Source: a virus | Virus record (IMG/VR): IMGVR_UViG_3300037104_000796 | Span: 32,001 to 96,000 of that record | Length of the DNA: 64,000 nt | Reading direction: 5' to 3' (one strand) | Shown: positions 37,223 through 46,463 of the stretch, in pieces | Position numbering within the stretch: position 1 is the first letter of the stretch | How the letters are laid out: each line of letters opens with the position of its first letter | The notes under the pieces: generated by a model | Database searches by the model: none | Told to the model about the DNA's origin: nothing | Seen by the model: only the letters and a program-made list of their open reading frames with translations | Program-made: the position numbers and the translations under genes

Positions 37223-37810
37223 TTAGACGTTACCAGCCCAGAACCTTCCTATAAGCTTTTGAAGAGTGTCTTCTGTAAATACGTAAAATTTTGAATTGTT
37301 TTTTTCAGCCCAAGCATTCATAGCGGCATATTTGGCTTCATTTATTAAATATTCTTTTGCAAGTATGTTGAATCTTCTTTGTTCTTTTAAAGGAGCATTC
37401 ATATTAGGTGGGATAGGTTTTTTTAATTTGCTTGAAGGTTTTATTTCTATAAACATTTTTTGTATTTCTCCTTCGCCTTTATCTACTTCAATCCAGAAAT
37501 CTGTGTTGTAATATTTGACAGCCCAATTTTTAGGGTTGTTAGGATCCAAATTATTACGTTTGCATTCTTCTAATTTTGATACTCTGTCATAGTAAGGAAT
37601 ACGAATTGGTTCTGATGACCAACGAAGAATAGAAGGAGAAAAATCGCACCAACGACAAAAAGAATGTTCCCAAGACGAACGAAATATTACAAGACTTGAT
37701 TCTCCTATATACTTTTTAGGATTTTGAATTTTATAATATCCCTGGCGCGTCTTTGCATCAGGTGCCATATTTGGTCCGTGCCAACGCTTATATGACTCGT
37801 TAAAGGCCAT
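37223..37810 (-). CDS. Head completion nuclease (T4 gp4-like, TnsA-like)
   Basis: YKIQNPKKYIG, FRSSWE, WCD...WSSE, TDFW...IEIKP, NEAKY.A. Confidence 0.88.
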   Translation of the reverse strand: MAFNESYKRWHGPNMAPDAKTRQGYYKIQNPKKYIGESSLVIFRSSWEHSFCRWCDFSPSILRWSSEPIRIPYYDRVSKLEECKRNNLDPNNPKNWAVKYYNTDFWIEVDKGEGEIQKMFIEIKPSSKLKKPIPPNMNAPLKEQRRFNILAKEYLINEAKYAAMNAWAEKNNSKFYVFTEDTLQKLIGRFWAGNV

Positions 37811-37816
37811 TTTATT

Positions 37817-38167
37817 TTATATATTGTAGATTTTATTTCCGCTTACCGATATTTTTTTACTCTTTGGCATATTTCCATAAAGTTTTCTCCACCCCTTTGC
37901 AAATCCGTTCTTAATTATTTGGGTGAAATATGCAAATGCATTTTGAGATTTATTTGGATCATAACCTCTCCAATACTGAAAACAATCCATAACTGCAAAA
38001 GCAATGCAATCTTCTCGATCCTCAGGATAAATGTAATTTAGTTTGGTAGAGAACTTCTTAGCCATTAACATAAACATATCTAATGCTTCTCTCGTTAATT
38101 CATTAGTTGCTTTACATTTTATAATTTCGTTTCTGAGATCACTATTCTTAACGTGGTGCGTCGCCAT
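37817..38167 (-). CDS. Late transcription sigma factor (T4 gp55-like, compact)
   Basis: HVKNSDL, REDCI, YDPNKSQNAFAYFTQIIKNGF, matching the gp55 NPFAYFTQI signature. Confidence 0.85.
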   Translation of the reverse strand: MATHHVKNSDLRNEIIKCKATNELTREALDMFMLMAKKFSTKLNYIYPEDREDCIAFAVMDCFQYWRGYDPNKSQNAFAYFTQIIKNGFAKGWRKLYGNMPKSKKISVSGNKIYNI

Positions 38168-38194
38168 ACAATTAAATTTTAATTAAAGTTTAAT

Positions 38195-38232
38195 TTTATA
38201 TAACAAAAACGCGACATAGTTTTATCGCGTTT
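38195..38232 (-). promoter_or_regulatory. Fused terminator/promoter (AAAACT-N17-TATAAA) upstream of the gp55-like gene
   Basis: Hairpin AAAACGCGA...TCGCGTTTT; -35 at 38218-38223, -10 at 38195-38200. Confidence 0.7.
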
Positions 38233-38254
38233 TAAATATTTATCAATATAAGTA

Positions 38255-38719
38255 TTATTTAGTTGCTTTATCTAATGCTGTTTTAACTTCTTTCTCTTGT
38301 ATGCCTAAATCAACTTTTACCTGTGATTGAGTATTTTGTATATTTTTTTGACTTTGTATCAATTCGACATTGTCCTTTTTTAGTCCTGTTATATCTTTTT
38401 TGTAACTTGCATAAATCCCTGTTATAGTTCCAAATGTAAGTAATACAAATACCGCAATTCCTGTTAAAGTTAGTTTAGGATAACGAAAAGCCCAGAATAC
38501 ATCTTCAAGTTTTTTAGCATTATCTTCATCTGAAGTTTTTAATTTAGTAAGTTCTATTTGTATTCCGGCACGTTCTATTAATGATGCTGTAATCTGTTCA
38601 TCATGTTTTTCAATTTTTACATCAATTTTATTAAAGCGGTCGTGCACATTTATGAATTGGGCGTTCATTAGTGTAGTTAATCCTCGGATTTGCTCTGATA
38701 AAACGTCGTTTGTCATCAT
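38255..38719 (-). CDS. Coiled-coil plus single-TM membrane protein (holin-like possible)
   Basis: Heptad N-terminus, TM LTLTGIAVFVLLTFGTITGIY. Confidence 0.6.
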   Translation of the reverse strand: MMTNDVLSEQIRGLTTLMNAQFINVHDRFNKIDVKIEKHDEQITASLIERAGIQIELTKLKTSDEDNAKKLEDVFWAFRYPKLTLTGIAVFVLLTFGTITGIYASYKKDITGLKKDNVELIQSQKNIQNTQSQVKVDLGIQEKEVKTALDKATK

Positions 38720-38735
38720 AATAATGTCTTTTTTA

Positions 38736-39452
38736 TTAAACTGCTAATGTTCTTATCATTGATTTTGGAGCACTTTGAAATTCTTGTTCTCCGGATGGTG
38801 TTTGTTTAATTATTTTGATTGCATCTGCATCGCCAATGGCGTTTGTATAATCTATTGCGTTTACGAGAATGTTTTCAATTACTTGTTCTGTTGCTTCATC
38901 AATTAAAACTCCAGGAACATAATTATCTTCATTTGCAAAATCATTAAGGTCTTCAAGTATTTTAACTTGTGATTTGGGCATAAATACTGCTTTTCCTTCT
39001 ATCATAACTTTAACATTTTGATCTTCTTTTGCAGCTTCCCAAAGATTGTATTTCACATAACATTCATTCATTTTGATTGGAACATTGCCGTGATACACAC
39101 CACATCTAACCCATTGTTCGAATAAAAGTTTTTGAGTCTTTTCATCAAATTTCATATGAGGAACAGTAATAAGTTCAGGTTTCTTGTCATATTCTTTAAG
39201 TTCTTTAGGATCAACTAAATATGTTGAGCCCTGAACCATTACAATCAATTTTCCTTCAATTTCGCCAGTAACAAATCCGCGTTCCTTGTTTAAGATAACT
39301 TTATCAAGGATTTGAACTTCTTCATTAAGAACAGGTAGACTTCTTGACGATACTATCTTTTGGAAAAGTTCATATGCCTCAACATCAAACATAGCTTTGT
39401 CGGCTAGTGATTCACATATTTTATCTAAATCTTGTTCTGATAGACTAATCAT
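38736..39452 (-). CDS. Hypothetical protein (head region)
   Basis: 238-aa ORF coupled to 39455. Confidence 0.7.
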   Translation of the reverse strand: MISLSEQDLDKICESLADKAMFDVEAYELFQKIVSSRSLPVLNEEVQILDKVILNKERGFVTGEIEGKLIVMVQGSTYLVDPKELKEYDKKPELITVPHMKFDEKTQKLLFEQWVRCGVYHGNVPIKMNECYVKYNLWEAAKEDQNVKVMIEGKAVFMPKSQVKILEDLNDFANEDNYVPGVLIDEATEQVIENILVNAIDYTNAIGDADAIKIIKQTPSGEQEFQSAPKSMIRTLAV

Positions 39453-39454
39453 AA

Positions 39455-41671
39455 TTATATCTTTTTATTTGATTGAGTTTTTGTTGCATCTTTTTTGGGT
39501 CTTTTCAAGAATACCTTTTTGATTTTTTTAGGTTCTTCAAGATCATCGGGGTTAGCATCTTTATTGAAGTTTGTTCTTTCAAGATTCTTTTCTGGAGGAC
39601 CTGCTGCTTCTTTCTTTTCACCTGGTTTTTCTGATGGTTTTTCACCATTTTCTTCAGTATCTCCTTCTTTTCCAGCTGGTTCGTCTAATCCAAGATCTAA
39701 TTCTGCAGTATCACTTGATCCGCTATCGCCTAAATCTAATCCTTCTCCGCCTTCTGCTGGTGCAGTACCACCGCCACCAACTCCTGCTTCAGGTTCTGCA
39801 CCTGTATCACCACCGCCTTCAACACCTGCTTCTTCTTCACCTTGTGGGTTTTCTAATTCAGCTTCTGCATCTACTTTATCAGCGTATGCTTCAAGATCAT
39901 CAGCACCTAAGTCAACTTTATCGCCATCTTCTGATGGTTCATCGCTTAACATTTCTGAATCGTCATCGTCAAATGTAACTGCTGAAGAAGCACCACCGGC
40001 ACTACCTGGGGCGGTCATATTTGCCATGCCAACTTCTGTTCCAAAATCATCACCTTCAACATTACTATCGCCTTCTGCTCCACCTTCTTCTCCTTTAGCA
40101 GCCATTGCTCCTGTAGGAACAACTACTGTATAAGATTTACCTGATGAATCATCTTGAACTGTGATGTTTAAGTTTTCACTTACATCTGTAAATGATTCAA
40201 CTTTATTAAGATAATTTTTGTAATCGTTTTTAATATCGTTAAGTTCTTCAACAAGGGCATTTACAACTTCTGTTGCAGCTTTACCTGTTTCATTTGAGAA
40301 TTGTTCGATTTTTCCTTCTAACACGTGAATGTAATCTGTATATTCACGTTTTGTTGAATCAATTTCTGATAAAATTCTTTCTTTGTTTGGAAGAATTTCA
40401 GCAAATGTTTTTGATACATCAAATCTCATATGTTCCATCATAATCTTTTCGGCCTGAATAGGGTTGATATTACGATAGAAAGTTGATTTATTGTTAATAG
40501 GATCAAATGTTGTAATGAAAATGTTATCTCTTAATTTGAATACGTCAGCTGCATAATTAGTGTTTTCTTTAAGATAAACTCTTTTAACAAAATCAAGTTC
40601 TGCGATTTCGTCAAAGTTTTCTCTTAAAACTGCAAGTGTTTTGTAAAATTGTGTGTTTCCACCCCATTCTGCTATTGCTGCAGATTCGTTAATTTGATTT
40701 ACAGTAAATATTCCGCCATTAACATAAGTTTCATTTTCTGTTAAAACTGCGTTGTCGTCTCCAATATATACTTTTATATCTTTACGTGAAACTTCGATAT
40801 TTGGAAGATTGATTGTATCGCATAATGTAGTAAAAGCTTCATCAAGTCTGCCAACGTCTTCTTTTTTAAGTTTATTAACGTAATTATTCTTTTTAACATA
40901 ATATGTTCCATGAACATTAAACAAAGCTTCGTTTTCTCCTAAGTAAAGAATAGGTGAGAAAAGTTTGTCTTCGATATCACATTCTGCGTTTGAATATTCT
41001 AATTGAAGTTGAGTGGCATCCAACATAAGTGCATTAAGAATATCATGAACGAAAGGATCATAACTGAATTTGATCAAAGTTTCTTTTAATGAACTCTTTG
41101 ATTGTTCAGTTTTATCACTTAAATAATTATCAACAACATCTTCAATAAGTGGAATAAGGTAATTGCTGCGAGTTTCTTTCATTACCTCAATGATTTTTGT
41201 AATATCTATGTCATTTTTGTATTGTTTAACTTGACTAGCCAAAGCACTTAATTCTGTATCAACTGCACGTAATTGACTAAATCCAGACATAGCTGAAATG
41301 AAGGCTTCGTAAAGAAGTACTTCTGGAGTTGTTTCTAATTTATCACGAAAATCTTCAAGAACCATTTGAAGGGTTATGTCGAGTTTTGCTTCCTTTTCCA
41401 TTAACGTGTTAACAGCTTTTCTAACACCTAAATGTTTAAGTGCATATACTCTTTTTTGGTTAACAAGCCATTTAGCGATTTCTTTATCGCTTGTATATTT
41501 TGTTAAACCTTCAAAGAGGTTTGTTAACGCAACTCGTTCAATTTCAAGTTGGGCATCAGGAGTAACTCCGTTATAAATTGCCGAACTAATAGCACTGATT
41601 GTTGACTCGCATAATGCTTTTACTTCTTGAACTTGTGTAGTTTCTTTTAATTGATTAATTTTCGTGATCAT
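39455..41671 (-). CDS. Large acidic protein, possible prohead core/scaffold component
   Basis: Helical N-terminus with many L/I/M-x-E sites; very acidic Gly/Glu/Asp C-terminal third; near head genes. Confidence 0.5.
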   Translation of the reverse strand: MITKINQLKETTQVQEVKALCESTISAISSAIYNGVTPDAQLEIERVALTNLFEGLTKYTSDKEIAKWLVNQKRVYALKHLGVRKAVNTLMEKEAKLDITLQMVLEDFRDKLETTPEVLLYEAFISAMSGFSQLRAVDTELSALASQVKQYKNDIDITKIIEVMKETRSNYLIPLIEDVVDNYLSDKTEQSKSSLKETLIKFSYDPFVHDILNALMLDATQLQLEYSNAECDIEDKLFSPILYLGENEALFNVHGTYYVKKNNYVNKLKKEDVGRLDEAFTTLCDTINLPNIEVSRKDIKVYIGDDNAVLTENETYVNGGIFTVNQINESAAIAEWGGNTQFYKTLAVLRENFDEIAELDFVKRVYLKENTNYAADVFKLRDNIFITTFDPINNKSTFYRNINPIQAEKIMMEHMRFDVSKTFAEILPNKERILSEIDSTKREYTDYIHVLEGKIEQFSNETGKAATEVVNALVEELNDIKNDYKNYLNKVESFTDVSENLNITVQDDSSGKSYTVVVPTGAMAAKGEEGGAEGDSNVEGDDFGTEVGMANMTAPGSAGGASSAVTFDDDDSEMLSDEPSEDGDKVDLGADDLEAYADKVDAEAELENPQGEEEAGVEGGGDTGAEPEAGVGGGGTAPAEGGEGLDLGDSGSSDTAELDLGLDEPAGKEGDTEENGEKPSEKPGEKKEAAGPPEKNLERTNFNKDANPDDLEEPKKIKKVFLKRPKKDATKTQSNKKI

Positions 41672-41691
41672 AGTTAATAATTATTTTGATA

Positions 41692-42270
41692 TTAATAATT
41701 TTTTTTATATTTGCCCCTGGGCTTTCCTTTATGGGCTTTTCTTTGTTTATTCTTTGTTTCGTCTGATACTATATGATTCATTAAAGAATTACTTTGGTTT
41801 TTCTTTGTTTCTTCTGAATGTATTTTCCCTATATGAGATATACTCATTAAATGTTTTGTTTCTTCAGTTCTTGTTTTTCCAGTATTCTTTTTTACTCTTT
41901 TTTCTATTATTTCTTTGCTTTGTGTTAAACCTTTATTCCATGCAGGTATTCCTGCCATGTGAAAACTTAAATTTGTGTTAGGCAAATAACGATTATAGCC
42001 ATTAGGAGCCAATGTGTTAAATTTTAAAATATACTCTGATTCACTATTAAGCATATCTTTTGCATTTTCATAATCACTTTGCAAAATTTCCTTTTTAAAA
42101 TTTTCTTTTCCGTATTTTTCGTAATCTTTATTGAGATATTTACTTGATCCCCAATAAATGTCATCTTTTATTTTATCTCTGTAACATACTCTACTACCTA
42201 TATACTGCTTGTTTGTTATTATGTTTGTTATGATATATACGTAATAAAAACATACAGTTCTAGCCCTCAT
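41692..42270 (-). CDS. GIY-YIG homing endonuclease with NUMOD3 repeats
   Basis: YVYIITN..TNKQYIGSR, YWGSS, GYN; repeated EETK..MS.SH.GK. Confidence 0.87.
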   Translation of the reverse strand: MRARTVCFYYVYIITNIITNKQYIGSRVCYRDKIKDDIYWGSSKYLNKDYEKYGKENFKKEILQSDYENAKDMLNSESEYILKFNTLAPNGYNRYLPNTNLSFHMAGIPAWNKGLTQSKEIIEKRVKKNTGKTRTEETKHLMSISHIGKIHSEETKKNQSNSLMNHIVSDETKNKQRKAHKGKPRGKYKKNY

Positions 42271-42324
42271 ACGTTATTTATTTTATTTATATATTTATTG
42301 TTTTTTCTAAATTTTTTCCCATCT

Positions 42325-43680
42325 TTATACTATCTTAACTTGACGGGTAACCCCAAATGCTTCTGTTGAACTTGTTTGTACTAATGGGTCATTATAATTT
42401 GCCACAGAATTGACTACATATATATCTATCGTTTTGTAATCTACTATTCCCGGAAATACAATCGAGCCAAAAGGAACAGCTATATTTTGTATTTTATTAT
42501 CTTCTAAAGTAATGTTTATTGAAGCATCTCCTGAATACACTACTTGATTGGCTGTATTACGCATTTCCAATACGATATTAAATGAAGCATCAGCAGTAGG
42601 TGATAAGAAATAACCAGGATCAATAATTGTAAATGAAGATACATCTATTAAAGGCGGATTAGTAAGTGTTGGGAGTATACTTATTATCGGAGGACGATAA
42701 ATACTTACACTTACACTAGGATCATCCGGCCAAATAATGACAGGATTTTTATAAGTTGTAAATGTTTGTGGGATATTCCAAATATAATATTCATTATTAG
42801 GAACTCCTCTTTCAATAACATTTTTTGTATCTTCTCCGGTATTTGACCAAAGAATATCGACTTTATTAATAATTGTGTTTTCATCTTTATATTCCCATTC
42901 TAATAATAATGGATAACCCTTTGGAACTGTTTCTCCTTGATAATCTGTAACAAGCGTAATAATGCCATCATTTCGAGTTACATTATTATCAATCAATCTA
43001 TGACCAATTCCTACCATGTAGTCATTGTTATTTACTTCTGTGGTTGGATCGAATACAGGTTGATATGTTTCAACTTGTAAATCAAAGGTTATTTTGATTT
43101 TATTTTCAGGTTCAAACGAATAATTAATATTTTTTTCTAACGCAATATCTTCAGGAAAACCTACTGTTGAACCTACTCTCATCCCCTTGTAATAAACATA
43201 GAAGGTAATAGTTTTGTAGAAAAGTTCTCGTATCGCTTGTTCTATTTTTAATGCTGTGATTTGAGTATCTAACCAAAGTTCACAACTAAAATTAACATTT
43301 AACGGAATAGAATAAAGAAATGAACGCATTGTTTGAAGTTGTCCATTAACTTGTTTTAAGTAAGTTCCTTGTATATATCTTGAAGTTATTCTGGCTGAAT
43401 CAATCGGAGAACCCATATAAGTAACTACTCCTCTTGGAATAACATCAAAGTTTCCATCGACAGGTCTAGGTGGAAGACACCAGCCATAAAAAGTATAAAA
43501 ATCTTGCATAAATCTTTCATCACCAGACATATTATAAAACCAGGGAACTTTTACAGTTTCAATGTCTTCATTGCTCCATATTTGTTCATAAGTGATTTTA
43601 TTGTTAAGAATATTTAAAATTCCAGCAATTATCGCTCTTGACAAGATATTTTCATTATTGTATTTTTGATGTAGTGCCAT
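42325..43680 (-). CDS. Tail completion/sheath-terminator protein (T4 gp15-like) with Ig-like C-terminal extension
   Basis: VKVPWFY, IPRG, IPLNVNFSCELW, KIEQAI, ITFDLQVETY; C-terminal LLEW...VDILWS...YIWNIP. Confidence 0.65.
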   Translation of the reverse strand: MALHQKYNNENILSRAIIAGILNILNNKITYEQIWSNEDIETVKVPWFYNMSGDERFMQDFYTFYGWCLPPRPVDGNFDVIPRGVVTYMGSPIDSARITSRYIQGTYLKQVNGQLQTMRSFLYSIPLNVNFSCELWLDTQITALKIEQAIRELFYKTITFYVYYKGMRVGSTVGFPEDIALEKNINYSFEPENKIKITFDLQVETYQPVFDPTTEVNNNDYMVGIGHRLIDNNVTRNDGIITLVTDYQGETVPKGYPLLLEWEYKDENTIINKVDILWSNTGEDTKNVIERGVPNNEYYIWNIPQTFTTYKNPVIIWPDDPSVSVSIYRPPIISILPTLTNPPLIDVSSFTIIDPGYFLSPTADASFNIVLEMRNTANQVVYSGDASINITLEDNKIQNIAVPFGSIVFPGIVDYKTIDIYVVNSVANYNDPLVQTSSTEAFGVTRQVKIV

Positions 43681-43698
43681 TTTTATTTTATTTATTCA

Positions 43699-46440
43699 TT
43701 AAATTTTATTAGTATTCTTGAGTTCTTTTTTTAAAAAATCAGTCCATTCTCTTCTTGTTTGTTCATCTAAATCAGGATCACTTTCTATTTCCCAAATCCA
43801 GCCTTCCGGTCCGGACAACCATGACGCATCGCCTTCTTTAACTTTTTTATCAGCATAATTTTGAATAATTTTAAGTAAGCCAATGCGCATATCTCTTATA
43901 GGATCAGATTCTTCTGCAAAGGTTTCATTCATACGTAACTTAAAAATCCATCTATTTTGAATAGCCTTTTGTTTGTCAACATTATAAAATGCAGCTAATA
44001 TATGAATAAGTGCTTGTTCTGATCCTGTAAAAATTAATCCGGCAATACCTGATTTATATTCATCTTTCATTTTATATGTTACGCCTGATTTTTTAAAGAA
44101 GTCTCCAACTTCGTTGCCTTCTATACTTTCAATATCATTTTTGTCGGGTTTGAATTTGGTCATTCCATATAATGGAATTGTTCGATATCCTGAGCCAATA
44201 CCCATATCTTTAATAGCATCTGTATCTTCTTTGAATTTTTCATTTATCATATTGCCTTTATCGTCACACATCCATGATTGTAATTCAGGGTGAAGTTTTT
44301 TCAATGCCACGTGTACTTGTTCATAATTTACTACTTGAGGTTTGCTATTAACAGTTAAATACTTTTGAACATATTTTGCTAATCGATTCAGTTTTGATTC
44401 TAAATTTACTTTAAAATAGAGATAATAACTGCTATTAGTGTCATTTAAAATATTTTCTGGAAGATTTTTTATTTTAAGAATAGCTGATAACATTTCTGCG
44501 ATAAACATATCCATTGCTTTTTGAGATTTAAAATCATGAGGACCATATAAACCAATTCCCATACTATGAACTGGGTCTCCTTCTTCTGAAAACTTTTCAT
44601 TAACATGTGCATCAGCCATCACAATTGTTAATCGATTTAATTTTCTGGTCATTGCATCAACAGCAACACCTTTATCATTTTTAAAGCCTTTTACGTTAAT
44701 CATATGTTCTATTTCATCAAAAAATTTATTCTTTGAGTATTCTTTACATATAATCGTATATACTGTATTCCCTAATGCATTTTTATCATATTCTACTGTT
44801 GTTTCATCACCAAACAAAACATAACGAATGTAATCAATGTAATCAACTCCACCGTGTACGTATTTAACTGGAAATAAATTCATTATCTCTTCTTTGAAGT
44901 GATTAGCTCCAATATTCATATCAGCTATAGCATCACCTTCTTCTGAGAATTTTTCATTTACAGATTCTTTTAGGTTTTTTATTTTCCAGTTAGGAACGAT
45001 CTCAAGATATTTTTCGATAAACTCTTTATCTAATGACCATTGATGATAAACTAACTTATTTAAATGTTTTAATGATTTTCTTAAATCCATAAGATCATCG
45101 CAACTATAATAAAAAACACTGGTAATGTCTCCATCAAGATTTCTGAATATTTTATTAAGAATAACATATGAATTTTTAGGATGACTTTGGTTGATAGTTT
45201 TTTTAACTCGTACAATACTTCCTCGTTTTGCATCATCCCAATCGATATCGCCTATACCCATATCGTGAATTGGATCAGAATCAATTACAAATTTTTCATT
45301 TACATTTTTCTTTTCAAAATAAGGATTGACATCTAAGAAAAATTTAATTTCCAACATCTCTGCAACCTTTGTAAGAATTTTAAGTCTTATTTTAGGATCG
45401 TCATAGTCCTTCATTTTCATCTCAAGAGCAGTTATTTCTTCAAAAGATTTTTGAGGAGTTATACGTGGATGTTCAATTAAATTTTTAACAGTATGATACA
45501 TTACTCTTACAAGAGGTACTGCGTATCCTTCGTATTCTTTTGAACATGTTTTTTTGTAATATAATCGATATAAGTCCATGCAACTTCCCGGCGGAATCGA
45601 ATACAAAATCTTTTTTAAACGCTCAATACCACCAATATGCATATCTCTTATGGGATCGCCAACTTCTTCTGAAAATTTTTCGTTAAGGTCAGGATATTTC
45701 CACGATTTTAATTCAGGATGTTTTAATTTGAAAACATATGAAAAATCTAGCCAATCAAATATGTCTTTTCCGTCAACTCTAACGAAATCCTTTATATATT
45801 TTCTTAATGTATTAGCACAACGTCGTTGTTCGGCATAATCTTCTGCAAAAAATATGAAAATATTTTCTTCTGGATCATTTAAAATATTTTCAGGAATTTC
45901 ATCTATATCAAGTATTGCTGTTAAATTTTCAACAATAAATTCATACATTTTATTCGGCGTATCAAAATCTTTATGCGCATACAATCCTATTTTCATATCC
46001 TTTATAGGATCCGATTCTTCTTTGAATTTCTCATTGACTGATTCATTTACATTTATATCAATGCCAAAATGTTTTTTAAGAGCATTAGCAATATCTTTCT
46101 GTATTTCATATTTAGATGGATAAAGCCCCTCTACCAAATCAACAATGCCATTAGCCTTTTTTTTACAAGCTCTTTCAAATGCAATTTGAGGAGAATTTCC
46201 TTTAATTAAATATTTTAAAATATCACATAAACAATACATTTTTTGCCAAACACATTTGTCGCGTCTATTGATAGGTTTTTTTCTATCATCAAAATAGTCA
46301 TAATATACGCGAGATGGAGCTGCATCATTTATCTTTTTTGCATGTTCTTTCCATATTTTACGAGCGCCAATTCCCATATCCTTAATAGGATCAGATTGAT
46401 CTGTGAATTTTTCGTAAAGATTTTCTTTGATGGGTTCCAA
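43699..46440 (-). CDS. Eight-module tagged polyprotein (TTG start)
   Basis: Eight copies of xE-KF....DP[IV].DM.IG at about 120-aa spacing; late motif GAATAAATAA at 46456-46465. Confidence 0.85.
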   Translation of the reverse strand: MEPIKENLYEKFTDQSDPIKDMGIGARKIWKEHAKKINDAAPSRVYYDYFDDRKKPINRRDKCVWQKMYCLCDILKYLIKGNSPQIAFERACKKKANGIVDLVEGLYPSKYEIQKDIANALKKHFGIDINVNESVNEKFKEESDPIKDMKIGLYAHKDFDTPNKMYEFIVENLTAILDIDEIPENILNDPEENIFIFFAEDYAEQRRCANTLRKYIKDFVRVDGKDIFDWLDFSYVFKLKHPELKSWKYPDLNEKFSEEVGDPIRDMHIGGIERLKKILYSIPPGSCMDLYRLYYKKTCSKEYEGYAVPLVRVMYHTVKNLIEHPRITPQKSFEEITALEMKMKDYDDPKIRLKILTKVAEMLEIKFFLDVNPYFEKKNVNEKFVIDSDPIHDMGIGDIDWDDAKRGSIVRVKKTINQSHPKNSYVILNKIFRNLDGDITSVFYYSCDDLMDLRKSLKHLNKLVYHQWSLDKEFIEKYLEIVPNWKIKNLKESVNEKFSEEGDAIADMNIGANHFKEEIMNLFPVKYVHGGVDYIDYIRYVLFGDETTVEYDKNALGNTVYTIICKEYSKNKFFDEIEHMINVKGFKNDKGVAVDAMTRKLNRLTIVMADAHVNEKFSEEGDPVHSMGIGLYGPHDFKSQKAMDMFIAEMLSAILKIKNLPENILNDTNSSYYLYFKVNLESKLNRLAKYVQKYLTVNSKPQVVNYEQVHVALKKLHPELQSWMCDDKGNMINEKFKEDTDAIKDMGIGSGYRTIPLYGMTKFKPDKNDIESIEGNEVGDFFKKSGVTYKMKDEYKSGIAGLIFTGSEQALIHILAAFYNVDKQKAIQNRWIFKLRMNETFAEESDPIRDMRIGLLKIIQNYADKKVKEGDASWLSGPEGWIWEIESDPDLDEQTRREWTDFLKKELKNTNKI

Positions 46441-46463
46441 GAATTGATATTTGTTTTATTTAT

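Noticed and set aside
39495-40133. 212-aa Ser/Pro-rich plus-strand ORF (likewise 33286-33633, 48324-48986, 19028-19363)
   Set aside because: These are antisense shadows of low-complexity Glu/Gly-rich coding regions on the minus strand.
43699-46440. CRISPR-like or integron-like DNA repeat array
   Set aside because: The repeats are in-frame, vary at synonymous positions, are not palindromic and are spaced about 350 nt apart; conservation is at the protein level.
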